A DNA stretch of 42,624 bases from an uncultured Halobacteriales archaeon (GTDB taxonomy: Archaea > Halobacteriota > Halobacteria > Halobacteriales > PXRE01), in assembly GCA_964435625.1 (NCBI GenBank), contig CAYTAG010000006.1, positions 1 through 42,624 of the forward strand. Direction: 5' to 3'. Positions within the stretch are counted from its first letter, which is position 1, and each line of letters starts with the position of its first letter. The notes below the pieces were generated by a model. That model ran no database searches, was not told the DNA's origin, and was given only the letters and a program-made list of their open reading frames with translations. Shown piece by piece: positions 10,181 to 19,121 of the stretch. Made by a program: the position numbers and the translations under genes.

Positions 10181-10492
10181 GTGACCACCATCGCACTGCT
10201 CAGCGTCGCGCCCGTCAGGGAAGGTAGCATGGCCGAGGAGGTCGCCAGGGCCGTCGAGGCCCTCGACGACTTCGACGTCTCCTACGAGACGAACCCGATG
10301 GGGACGGTGATCGAGGCCGAGGAGGCGAGCGAGGTGTTCGCCGCCGCGGAGGCGGCCCACGAGGCCGTCGACGGCGACCGCGTGAGCACATTTCTGAAGA
10401 TCGACGACAAGCGGAGCCGCGACCAGCGCGCCGACGAGAAAGTCGAGGCCGTCGAGGAGGCGCTGGGCCGGGACGCCAGGCGGGAGCGGTAG
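10181..10492 (+). CDS. MTH1187/thiamine-binding family protein
   Basis: GTG start; LSVAP...YETNPMGTVIE...RVSTFLKIDDK. Confidence 0.85.
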   Translation: MTTIALLSVAPVREGSMAEEVARAVEALDDFDVSYETNPMGTVIEAEEASEVFAAAEAAHEAVDGDRVSTFLKIDDKRSRDQRADEKVEAVEEALGRDARRER

Positions 10493-10507
10493 GGTGGCGG
10501 CCAGCAG

Positions 10508-11023
10508 CTAACTCGCGGCGTCGGCCAGCCGTTCGGTCCCCAGGCCGATGGCGGCGCCGATCAGCATCGAGGACAGCGCCGCGAGCGTCTCGCCAGCCAG
10601 GCCGGCGACGCCGAAGGCGGTCGCGCCCGCGGCGTGGACGGAGAACATCGTCGCGTAGCCGAAGAAGCCGCCGGGCGCGAACGACAGCAGGGGGACGAAC
10701 TCGTGGAGGCTGGCGAGGAACATGAACGCCCCGACCGCGAGGCTCAGCGCGACCGGACCGCCGCCCAGCGGCGCGACGAGCGCCAGGGTGGCCGCGGCGT
10801 AGGCGATCCCGACCGCGTTGCTGGCGTATCCGCGGACGACGCCGTCCAGTCCGCCGCCCGCGGCGTAGAAAGTGGCCGAGGCGATGAACGACGGCCACAG
10901 CGGGACGTGAAGCCCGGCGACGAAGGCGTACGTCCAGGGGACCGACGCCGCGCCGAACACGACCGCCAGCGCCCAGGTCTCGTTCCACTCGCCGACCTCC
11001 TCGGAGACGCACACGTAGCTCAT
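10508..11023 (-). CDS. DUF1097-like membrane protein
   Basis: Several TM segments; LWPSFIASATFYAAGG, PGGFFGYATMF. Confidence 0.7.
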   Translation of the reverse strand: MSYVCVSEEVGEWNETWALAVVFGAASVPWTYAFVAGLHVPLWPSFIASATFYAAGGGLDGVVRGYASNAVGIAYAAATLALVAPLGGGPVALSLAVGAFMFLASLHEFVPLLSFAPGGFFGYATMFSVHAAGATAFGVAGLAGETLAALSSMLIGAAIGLGTERLADAAS

Positions 11024-11163
11024 TGGCGGGTCCTCGGCCGGGCGCGTCTTGTTCGTTGTCGTCTGCTTTGGAGGGGACGGGGCCGGGTGGTGGCTTTCTC
11101 GGCGCTTCCTCGGAGACGACTGCTCGGAGGGCCCCCGCGCTCTCTTCGAACGGCATTTTGGTC

Positions 11164-11330
11164 GCCACCGCCCGGAAAGCCCCCGCGTGCTCGACTTCCG
11201 TCAGGGACGAGCTATGAGGACTTCCCGCTCGGTTTCCGGCGGGAACGGCTCCAGCGAGCGAGAGCGACGCTCTCGCTGGGTCGCTCGCACGGCTCGCGGG
11301 GACCTCGCGCGCGTTGCTCGCGCGCGTCAC
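11164..11330. repeat. Haloarchaeal GC-rich palindromic intergenic element
   Basis: Stacked hairpins TTCCCGC/GCGGGAA, CGAGAGCG-A-CGCTCTCG and CGCGCG/CGCGCG after GAAAGCCCCCGC. Confidence 0.45.
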
Positions 11331-11446
11331 AACTATTGCGTGGGACCAATCGGCCCGTCAGTTTTGTGCACCGCTCGGACCCTCCCCCGGCATCGCCGTC
11401 GGGCCGAACTGCCAAACCCTTTGACGCGGGCCGCCGAACCCCGGGT

Positions 11447-12379
11447 ATGGACAGCCTCAACCGGATGGCCATCGAACTGGTCGACGAGGCGCTGGACTTC
11501 GCCGACGAACTGAACGTGGCCGTCCACGAACTCGACGACGAGGCGACGGTGCTTGACTTCGGCGTCGAGGTCGAGAGCGGGATCGAGGCCGGGCTGCTCC
11601 TCGCGGAGATCCAGACCGCCGGGTTGGCTACCCTCCAGGCCCGAACCGAGGCGGTCGCGGGCACCCCCCGCCCGGTCGTCGAACTGACGACCGACCACCC
11701 CGGGCTGGCACTCCTGGGCAGCCAGAAGGCCGGCTGGGAACTCGCGGTCGAGGGGTTCGAGGGGCTGGGGTCCGGCCCGGCCCGCGCGCTGGTCGGCGTC
11801 GAGGAGGAGTACGACCGCATGGGCTACCGCGACGACTTCGACCTCACCGCGCTGGCCGTCGAGTCGGCCGAACTCCCGGACGAACGGGTCGCCGAACACG
11901 TCGCCGAACGGGCGGGCGTCGAACCCTCCGCGACCTTCCTGCTGGCGTACGCGACCGGCAGCGTCGCCGGCAGCGTCACCGCGGCCGCCCGCGCCGCCGA
12001 ACTCGCGGTCTTCCGGCTGTCGGAACTCGGCTACGACCCGACCGAGGTCGTCACCGCCACGGGGAGCGCCCCGGTCGCGCCCGTCAGCTACGACGAGGCG
12101 ACCGCCATCGGCCGGACGACCGACGCCGTCGCCTACGGGGGCCAGGTCCACCTCCAGGTCGGCGCCGACTTCGACCGCTTCGACGAGGTGCCCTCCTCGG
12201 CCGCCACGGAGTACGGCCGTCCGCTGGTCGAGGTGTTCGAGGAGGCCGACTGGGACTTCGAGGCGCTCCCCGAGGATCTGGTCGGCCCCGCCGAGGTCAC
12301 GGTCGACGTGCTCGGCGGCCCGACCTACGCGCTGGGCGACCGCAGCGAGGATGTCCTCGCCGAGAGCTTCGACCTGTGA
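11447..12379 (+). CDS. mch: Methenyltetrahydromethanopterin cyclohydrolase
   Basis: MDSLNRMA..., LGSQKAGW, GSGPARAL, GRTTDAVAYGG. Confidence 0.9.
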   Translation: MDSLNRMAIELVDEALDFADELNVAVHELDDEATVLDFGVEVESGIEAGLLLAEIQTAGLATLQARTEAVAGTPRPVVELTTDHPGLALLGSQKAGWELAVEGFEGLGSGPARALVGVEEEYDRMGYRDDFDLTALAVESAELPDERVAEHVAERAGVEPSATFLLAYATGSVAGSVTAAARAAELAVFRLSELGYDPTEVVTATGSAPVAPVSYDEATAIGRTTDAVAYGGQVHLQVGADFDRFDEVPSSAATEYGRPLVEVFEEADWDFEALPEDLVGPAEVTVDVLGGPTYALGDRSEDVLAESFDL

Positions 12380-12864
12380 TGCGCCTCAAACCGATCCCCG
12401 AGGCCCCGAACGACCTGGAGGTCGTCGAGCGAGCCCAGCGTGCAGTCCCGCTGGTGCCCGGGAGCGAGGACGACTGCTGTGCGCGCCTGCTGCGGCGGAT
12501 CGACCTGGAGAGCCGCGACGAGGCCCGGACGTGGCTGACGTTCCTGCGGACGCTCGGTCTCGTCGAGAAGGGGACGAACGGGTTCACCCGGACCCGGACC
12601 GACGTCGAACGGGACCCGCTGGCGTCGGCGTTCCGCGAGCGCGTCTTCGGCGCCCGCGAGGTGCTCGACGCGATGGCGGCTGCGGACGGCCCACTGGCAC
12701 CCGACGGGGCCTTCGAGGCGGTCGAGCCGGCGATCCCCGAGTGGGAGCGCAACAAGAACGCCTGGCAGCGGACCTGGCGCGAGCGGGCCCGGCGGCTGCT
12801 GGCCTGGACAGCGTTGCTGGGGCTGGCCGAGCGCGTCGACGGCGGCTACCGGCCCCACCGATAG
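12379..12864 (+). CDS. Conserved haloarchaeal hypothetical protein (winged-helix-like)
   Basis: Translationally coupled to mch; VPLVPGSEDDCCARL, RTWLTFLRTLGL. Confidence 0.7.
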   Translation: MRLKPIPEAPNDLEVVERAQRAVPLVPGSEDDCCARLLRRIDLESRDEARTWLTFLRTLGLVEKGTNGFTRTRTDVERDPLASAFRERVFGAREVLDAMAAADGPLAPDGAFEAVEPAIPEWERNKNAWQRTWRERARRLLAWTALLGLAERVDGGYRPHR

Positions 12865-12967
12865 TAGTTGCGGGCTTGTTCACTTTCGTTGCGGGATGGG
12901 TGCTACTGCTCCCCAAAGAGCCGGCCGCCTTACGTGTCCACGGCGTATCGCCGGGTGCGGTGAAACC

Positions 12968-13468
12968 ATGAGTAGTGACCACTCCGACGACCGGGACGTC
13001 GTGGCGGAGTACGATGCGGACGAAGACGGGATGAAGCCCAACCCCCGCGAGCAGGGGAAGTGGATCTCCGGGCTGGTCGCGCTGATCGGCGCGTGGATGA
13101 TCGCCGCGCCGTTCGTGTTCGAGACCATCTGGCCTGCCCAGTTCGAACTCCTGGAGGCCCACTTCTGGAGCGACGTCATCGTCGGACTCGCGCTGCTGGT
13201 GCTGGGGGGCTACAACTACTACCGGCGTAGCGACGAGCGGCTCGCCAACTCCGGCGTCGCCATGCTGATCGCGCTGCTCGGGCTGTGGATGATCGCCACC
13301 CCGTTCGTGTTCGGGATCGAGGGGGCCGACGTCGGCATGGACGTGCTGGCGGACGGTGACCTCATGGCCTGGAACGACGTGCTCCTGGGCCTGGTGGTGT
13401 TTCTCCTCGGTGCCTATAGCGCCTACGAGGCGAGGGACACGGGAACCACTCGCCCCGCCCGGACATAG
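12968..13468 (+). CDS. SPW-repeat membrane protein
   Basis: Two GxW(M)IAxPFVF...W(S/N)DV repeats. Confidence 0.75.
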   Translation: MSSDHSDDRDVVAEYDADEDGMKPNPREQGKWISGLVALIGAWMIAAPFVFETIWPAQFELLEAHFWSDVIVGLALLVLGGYNYYRRSDERLANSGVAMLIALLGLWMIATPFVFGIEGADVGMDVLADGDLMAWNDVLLGLVVFLLGAYSAYEARDTGTTRPART

Positions 13469-13595
13469 TCGCCGGCCCCAGTCACCACAGTTTTTCAGTG
13501 CGAGGACGCGTCCGTAGCGTCGTCCGTCCCGGGCGCCTCGACCCGTCCATCGGTGCCACGTCAGGTACAAAGGGACAACCCCCCAAGGGGCCGTG

Positions 13596-14241
13596 ATGAG
13601 CGGGAGCCAGTTCCCGGGTCCCGGGTTCCTGGATCCAGGCGTCAGTACGGCCGTCCGCGAGGCAGTGCCACCGTGGCTGGTACCGGCGTTCGTGGCGATC
13701 ACGTTCCTGGGGAACGCCGGCTTCTACCTGGCGGCGTTCTCGCTCGATTACTGGTTCGGCGACCACGAGCGCGGCGCGCACGCGCTCGGCGTTGCGCTGG
13801 GCGGCATGGCGCTCGTCGTCGCCCTCAAGGCGCTGTTCGCCGAGCCGCGGCCGCCCGAGGCCGGTCGCCTCGTTGAGGCCACCGGGTACAGCTTCCCGAG
13901 CGGGCACGCGACCGGTGCGGCGGTCGCCTACGGCGTCCTCGCGTTCGACCTGAGGATGGGGTCCCGACGGACCCGGTTCGCGGTCGCGGGGGTGCTCGTC
14001 GCGCTGATCGCCCTCTCGCGGGTGGTCCTGGGCGTGCACTTCGTCCGCGACGTCGTCGCGGGCGTCGTCGCCGGCGGCGTTTTCCTCGCGGTCGCAATCG
14101 TCGTCACCGAACACGCTCCCCGCCCCGGGTTCTTCCTCGCCGTCGGGGTCGGCCTGGTCGCGGCGGTCCTCAGCGGCGCGAGCACCGACGGCGATGGCGG
14201 CGATCCTGGCGGCGCCGCGGGTCGTGGAACGGATCGACTGA
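13596..14241 (+). pseudogene. PAP2-family phosphatase with frame-disrupted C-terminus
   Basis: KALFAEPRP, SFPSGHA, SRVVLGVHFVRDV intact. After GASTDG the frame runs into the opposite-strand gene, while a plausible end (AMAAILAAPRVVERID*) lies in another frame and stops at 14241. Confidence 0.65.
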
Positions 14242-14285
14242 AGCGATGTCGCTTCGGGAGCGGTTCAGCCGTCCTCCGTCGAAGG

Positions 14286-14567
14286 CTACGAGGCGCCAGC
14301 CGGTTCGGGGGTCCGCTCGCCTTCCCGAATCTCGGTCTTCCAGACGACCGTCCGCTTGCTGTCGGTGGCGTACTTGTAGGCGGCGTACAGCAGGTTCGGC
14401 ACGCCCATCGCCCACCAGATGGTGAAGATGGCGAGCGCGAGGTGGACGCCCGGGCTGCCGAACTCCCGCCGGACGAGCGTCACTCGCTCCGGCGTGTCCT
14501 CCTCGACGCGCCAGCCCGACTCGATCATCCGGGTGACCTGGCGGCGGTAGGATTCGTCCCCTGCCAT
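14286..14567 (-). CDS. Small membrane hypothetical protein
   Basis: MAGDESY...GWRVEE...HLALAIFTIWWAMGVPNLLYAAYKY. Confidence 0.7.
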   Translation of the reverse strand: MAGDESYRRQVTRMIESGWRVEEDTPERVTLVRREFGSPGVHLALAIFTIWWAMGVPNLLYAAYKYATDSKRTVVWKTEIREGERTPEPAGAS

Positions 14568-14666
14568 GTGTGACCGTACGTCGTCCACCGAAGTAGCCGT
14601 TTGGTGGCACGCGCTGTCACGTTCGCACCCGAACAGTCGACAGGCTGGCGTCCGTATCGACGCTGG

Positions 14667-16466
14667 ATGACCCTCGACCGATCCGCCGTTGGCGACTGGC
14701 GGTACCTCGACGGGGCCCGCGCGGCGGACCAGCGCGGGGACCCCGACCTCGTCCTCGCCCACGCGAGTGACCTCCACGGCCAGTTGGTCCCGACCCGGCA
14801 GGTCTACTTCGACGGGCCGCGCTCAGCCCCCGACCTCGACTTCGGCGACGACGACCGCCGCCTCGCGCGTGGCGGGGGCGTACCCCTGCTCGCGGCAAAA
14901 CTCGACGAACTCCGGGACGCCCACGAGTGCCTGACGCTGATGAGCGGCGACACCTTCCACGGGTCGGCCGTGGCGACGTACACGAACGGCCGCGCGCTGG
15001 TCGACCCCGTGAACGACCACCTCCGGCCGGACGTCTACGTCCCGGGTAACTGGGACTTCGGCAACGAGGCCGCCGAGGACGGCAATTTCCGCGAACTGAT
15101 GGATGCCCTGGACGCGCCGGTGCTGGCGAACAACCTGTACGACGCCGACGGCGAACTGCTGTTCGAACCTTACCGCGTCGAGTCGGTCGGCGGCGTCGAC
15201 GTCGGCGTCGTCGGCGCGACCAACCCCTACGTCGACCGCATGGCGCCCGCCTTCTGGGAGGGCAAGTACCGGTTCGGCAAACACCCCACGCTACTGGCGG
15301 ACTCGGCCCGCCGAGCGCGCGCAGACGGTGCGGACCTGGTCGTCGCGGTCTCCGAGATCGGCCTCCCCTGGGCGGTCCAGGCCGCGAAGGACGTCGAGGC
15401 GGTGGACGTCTCCCTCAGCGCCCACACCCACGAGTACACCCACGAACCGGTCGTGATCGAGGACACCGGAACCGTCGTCGTCGAGTCCGGCACCGGCGAC
15501 GCGCTCGGCCGCGTCGACCTCCGGGTCCGCGACGGAACTGTCGCCTTCCGGCACCACCTCTACTGCCTGGTCGAGGACGGCCCGTACACCCCCGATCCGG
15601 ACCCCAACGCCGCCGAGACCGTCCGGGAGGTCCGGGCGCCGTTTTTGGCCGACGACCCTGCCGCCGACGGCCCCGAAGTCCACCACGAACGCGGCGGGGG
15701 GACGCTCGACGAACCGCTGGATACGGTCGTCGGGGAGACGGAGACGCCGCTGCACCGCCGGGCGTTCCTGGAGAGCGGGTGGAACACGCTGTTCTGTGAC
15801 GCCGTCCGGGCGCGCTTCGACGCGGACCTGGCGGTCGCCCACGGCTTCCGGTTCGGGCCGGCGGTCCCGCCCGGCGAGATCACCCTGGACGACTGTTACC
15901 GGGCGTTCCCGACGACCGCGCCCGTCGCCGCCGGGGCGGCGTTCGGCCAGCAACTGACGACTCACCTGGAGTCGTTCCTGGTCGACAACTTCTCGCCGTA
16001 TCCCTACCAGCAGGAGGACGGCCGCCTCCGGGCGTTCTCCTCGAACGTCGGAGTGGTCGTCGACCCGACCGCCAAACGGAAGCGACGGCTGGTCGACCTC
16101 CGGGTCGACGGCGAGTCGGTCGCCCCCGGCGAGACCTACGAGGTGGCGACGTTCCGCCGCCCCGGCGACCCCGGGCGCGACCTCGGCAACTGCGGGTTCC
16201 CGTTCCGGGACATCCGGGTCGACGACGAGACGGTCCCGGTCGACGTGGTGGTCGACTACCTCCGGGAGCACTCGCCGGTCGCCTACGAAGTCGGCGAGCG
16301 CGTCCGGACGCCCGACGGCGGCGACGTGCAGAACACGCCCGCTGACGGCCCGTACCCGTTCGTCCAGCCCGGAGTCGACTTCGCGGACGGCGAGGCGTAC
16401 GACGAGACGCGGTTGATTCCGGACGAGAATCGGTTCCCGGAGGAGGGGTGGAACCGGTATCGGTAG
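14667..16466 (+). CDS. Bifunctional metallophosphatase/5'-nucleotidase (SoxB-like)
   Basis: DLHG, GDTFHG, GNWDF, AHTHE motifs; C-terminal nucleotidase domain; no signal peptide. Confidence 0.8.
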   Translation: MTLDRSAVGDWRYLDGARAADQRGDPDLVLAHASDLHGQLVPTRQVYFDGPRSAPDLDFGDDDRRLARGGGVPLLAAKLDELRDAHECLTLMSGDTFHGSAVATYTNGRALVDPVNDHLRPDVYVPGNWDFGNEAAEDGNFRELMDALDAPVLANNLYDADGELLFEPYRVESVGGVDVGVVGATNPYVDRMAPAFWEGKYRFGKHPTLLADSARRARADGADLVVAVSEIGLPWAVQAAKDVEAVDVSLSAHTHEYTHEPVVIEDTGTVVVESGTGDALGRVDLRVRDGTVAFRHHLYCLVEDGPYTPDPDPNAAETVREVRAPFLADDPAADGPEVHHERGGGTLDEPLDTVVGETETPLHRRAFLESGWNTLFCDAVRARFDADLAVAHGFRFGPAVPPGEITLDDCYRAFPTTAPVAAGAAFGQQLTTHLESFLVDNFSPYPYQQEDGRLRAFSSNVGVVVDPTAKRKRRLVDLRVDGESVAPGETYEVATFRRPGDPGRDLGNCGFPFRDIRVDDETVPVDVVVDYLREHSPVAYEVGERVRTPDGGDVQNTPADGPYPFVQPGVDFADGEAYDETRLIPDENRFPEEGWNRYR

Positions 16467-16530
16467 GCCGTCGTCCAGGACTGGTGCCTTACCCTTATTA
16501 CATCCTGTTACGTATTTACGACTGATTACA

Positions 16531-16902
16531 GTGCCCATCGACATCGACCGGTTCGAGTCGACCCCGGAGAGCGACCTGGCCGCCGAGGGCGACGGACCGA
16601 CCAACGCCGAGCGAATCCTGTCGTTCCTGGCCGCGAACTCGGACAAGGCGTTCACTCCGAAGGAGATCCGCGAGGCGACGGACGTCCCGCGAGGGAGCGT
16701 CGGCGTCGTGCTTTCCCGACTCGAAGAGCGGGGCCTGGTCCGCCACCGCGGCGAGTACTGGGCCGTCGGCAACGAGGAGGCCGTCGCCCGCGAACTTTCG
16801 GCCGCGACGACTGCGCGGGCCGCCGGAGAGCGGTTCGGCCCGGAAGACCCGGACGAGTGGGGTCCAGGCGTCGAGACCGGCAGGGACGCGGGGGAGGAGT
16901 GA
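16531..16902 (+). CDS. Winged-HTH protein, probable antitoxin
   Basis: AERILSFL...FTPKEIREATDVPRGSVGVVLSRLEERGLV; abuts the PemK-like gene. Confidence 0.75.
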   Translation: MPIDIDRFESTPESDLAAEGDGPTNAERILSFLAANSDKAFTPKEIREATDVPRGSVGVVLSRLEERGLVRHRGEYWAVGNEEAVARELSAATTARAAGERFGPEDPDEWGPGVETGRDAGEE

Positions 16903-17237
16903 ATGGTCTACGGTCGCGGCGACGTGTGGTGGGGCCCGGCACCGCACAAGGACACGCCGGCGTATCGACCGTGGCTGATCGTGAGCACCGACGATCATCC
17001 GTTCGCTGACGTCGAGTGCATCGCCGCGGCCATGACGACTCAGCGCCATCCCGAAGGAATCGACGTTCCAGACGGCGCGTGGATCGAATGTGGATCGGAC
17101 GCTCGGTCCTGCGTTTCGCCGTGGTACGTGGCGACGTTCAAGTACGAGTCCTTCGCCCGGAAGCAAGGTCGCCTTTCCGAAGGTCTGGTCAGCGAGGTGG
17201 TCGGGGCCCTGCAGGAATACGTCCCGACGCTGTTTGA
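16903..17237 (+). CDS. PemK/MazF-like toxin; in-frame stop missing
   Basis: RGDVWW...RPWLIVS...AAAMTT. The frame stays open through the next gene, and a TGA at 17235-17237 is one base out of frame. Confidence 0.7.
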
Positions 17238-17302
17238 GATCACCGCTCGTCGGCCGTGCACCCCCGCGAGGACGCTAAACCCTTCCAGCCCCAAGCCACG
17301 CC

Positions 17303-18433
17303 ATGGTCGACCAGGTAACCGCCGAGGAGTTCGCCGACCGGCTCGACGCGGACGAATCGTTCACCATCGTCGACACGCGCGGCGAGGAGAGCTTCGAGGC
17401 GTGGCACCTGCCCGGTGCGGCGAACGTCCCGTACGACCCCCGCGAGGGGGCCGGCGACGATCAGGTGGGGGCAGTGGAGGCGGCGGCCGGCGACGGCCCG
17501 GTCGTGACCGTCTGCGGGAAGGGCCTGACGTCGGCGGCGTTCGCCTTCGAACTCGACCAGCGCGGGTTCGAGGAAATCGAGGTCCTCCGGGGCGGCATGG
17601 AGGCCTGGAGCACGGTCCACGAGGTCGTGCCGGTCGAGACGGACGGGGACCTCGCGATCACCCAGGTCCAGCGCCGCGGCAAGGGGTGTCTGGGCTACGT
17701 CGTCGGCGCCGGCGGCGAGGCCGTCGTCGTCGATCCGACCCGACGGACGGACATCTTCGAAGTCGCCGCCGAACGGGCCGGCCTGACGATTTGCGGTGTC
17801 GTCGACACCCACGTCCACGCCGACCACCTCTCGGGCGGGCGCGACCTCGCGGCGACGCTGGACGTGCCCTACTACCTCGGGGCGGAGGCCGACGTCGAGT
17901 TCGAATTCGAACCGCTGGCCGACGGCGACGTAGTCGAGGTGGGGGACCGGGAAATCGAGGCGCTGCACGCGCCCGGGCACACCGCCGAGATGGTGAACCT
18001 GCTGGTCGACGGCGAGTACCTGCTGAGCGCGGATACCCTGTTCGTCGAATCGGTCGGCCGCACGGAACTCCAGTTCGGCGAGGCCGACGCCGAGCGGGGC
18101 GCCCGACTGCTGTACGAGACGCTCCAGGGGACGATCCTCGAACTTCCGGACGACGTCACGGTCCTGCCCGGCCACGTCACGGTGACGGCGGACAACCGGT
18201 TCGAGGTCGGATCGCCCGGCGATCCCGTTTCGGCACGGCTGGGCGACCTCCGGGAGGACCTGGCCCTCCTGGGGCTGGACGAGGACGCGTTCGTCGACCG
18301 GCTGACCGGGGACGCCCCCGAGAAGCCCCCGAACTACGAGGCCGTCGTCGCGATCAACCGGGGCGAACGGACGGTCGAGAGCGACGCCGAGGCGACCGAA
18401 CTGGAGGTCGGGCCGAACAACTGCGCGGCCTGA
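17303..18433 (+). CDS. Rhodanese-MBL fold hydrolase fusion (persulfide dioxygenase-like)
   Basis: DTRGEESFEAWHLPGA, VCGKG, DTHVHADH, PGHT, C-terminal GPNNCAA. Confidence 0.85.
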   Translation: MVDQVTAEEFADRLDADESFTIVDTRGEESFEAWHLPGAANVPYDPREGAGDDQVGAVEAAAGDGPVVTVCGKGLTSAAFAFELDQRGFEEIEVLRGGMEAWSTVHEVVPVETDGDLAITQVQRRGKGCLGYVVGAGGEAVVVDPTRRTDIFEVAAERAGLTICGVVDTHVHADHLSGGRDLAATLDVPYYLGAEADVEFEFEPLADGDVVEVGDREIEALHAPGHTAEMVNLLVDGEYLLSADTLFVESVGRTELQFGEADAERGARLLYETLQGTILELPDDVTVLPGHVTVTADNRFEVGSPGDPVSARLGDLREDLALLGLDEDAFVDRLTGDAPEKPPNYEAVVAINRGERTVESDAEATELEVGPNNCAA

Positions 18434-18570
18434 ACTGGGCCGGCATCGAGGAGGGGTTGGCTGGCATCGGGAAAGGCCCCGGGCGAACGTGTAATCGTGT
18501 AAGGTAGGAGGCACGTTCCTCCCGTCAGGCCGACCCTCCCGTCTCCACTCGTGGGGTTTCTGGTCCCCGA

Positions 18571-18626
18571 ATTGTTATACTAGTATGATATATTTAAAAT
18601 ATTCTATATCACTAGTATTAATATAG
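18571..18626 (+). promoter_or_regulatory. Very AT-rich promoter/operator upstream of the lanthipeptide precursor
   Basis: ATACTAGTATGATATA...TATATCACTAGTAT imperfect inverted repeat with TATA-like TTTAAAA and TTAATA. Confidence 0.6.
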
Positions 18627-18647
18627 GTCGGCTCAAAGAACGAGTGC

Positions 18648-18833
18648 ATGTCAGTTGTAATCAACGGACGTGCGAGCGCACAGAGCACGAAGAAAGACTC
18701 GTTCGACAGCGAGTTCGACCTGGCGAAGTTCCTGCCACCCTACGGCAAGGACGAGGACCTGACCGCGGAGGCGGCGGCAGACACGTGCAGCTGGACCTGC
18801 TCGTGGACCTGCTCCTGGACGAGCACCTACTGA
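18648..18833 (+). CDS. lanA: Class II lanthipeptide precursor (LanA)
   Basis: Leader contains KKDSFDSEF (resembles the haloarchaeal KxxYDxxF leader motif); Cys/Ser/Thr core DTCSWTCSWTCSWTSTY; directly upstream of lanM. Confidence 0.88.
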   Translation: MSVVINGRASAQSTKKDSFDSEFDLAKFLPPYGKDEDLTAEAAADTCSWTCSWTCSWTSTY

Positions 18834-19121
18834 AAGGTGAGACGAACGAACGGCCGTGAGGGCGACGCTTGCGGCCGCGTTGCTTCCGGCGTTCGTTCCG
18901 GACACCGTTTTCCGTCGATCCGGACGTCGGTCGCCGGATGGACTCGAAACGACGACATTCGATGCCCGAATACGTACGTATCCCGACTGTAAGCGGCGGC
19001 GGATCGCCGGTTGTTTCCGACCGTGCGGGCGCGTTCTCGGCCCGAAACCACGCGAACGACCGAATTTCGGCCTGGCCCGGGATTCCAGAGCGAGCCCGAC
19101 GCCAGGAGGTTCCAGCAAACG

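Noticed and set aside
11447-12379. mch as evidence of methanogenesis
   Set aside because: mch homologs are common in non-methanogenic haloarchaea, and no other methanogenesis genes are present.
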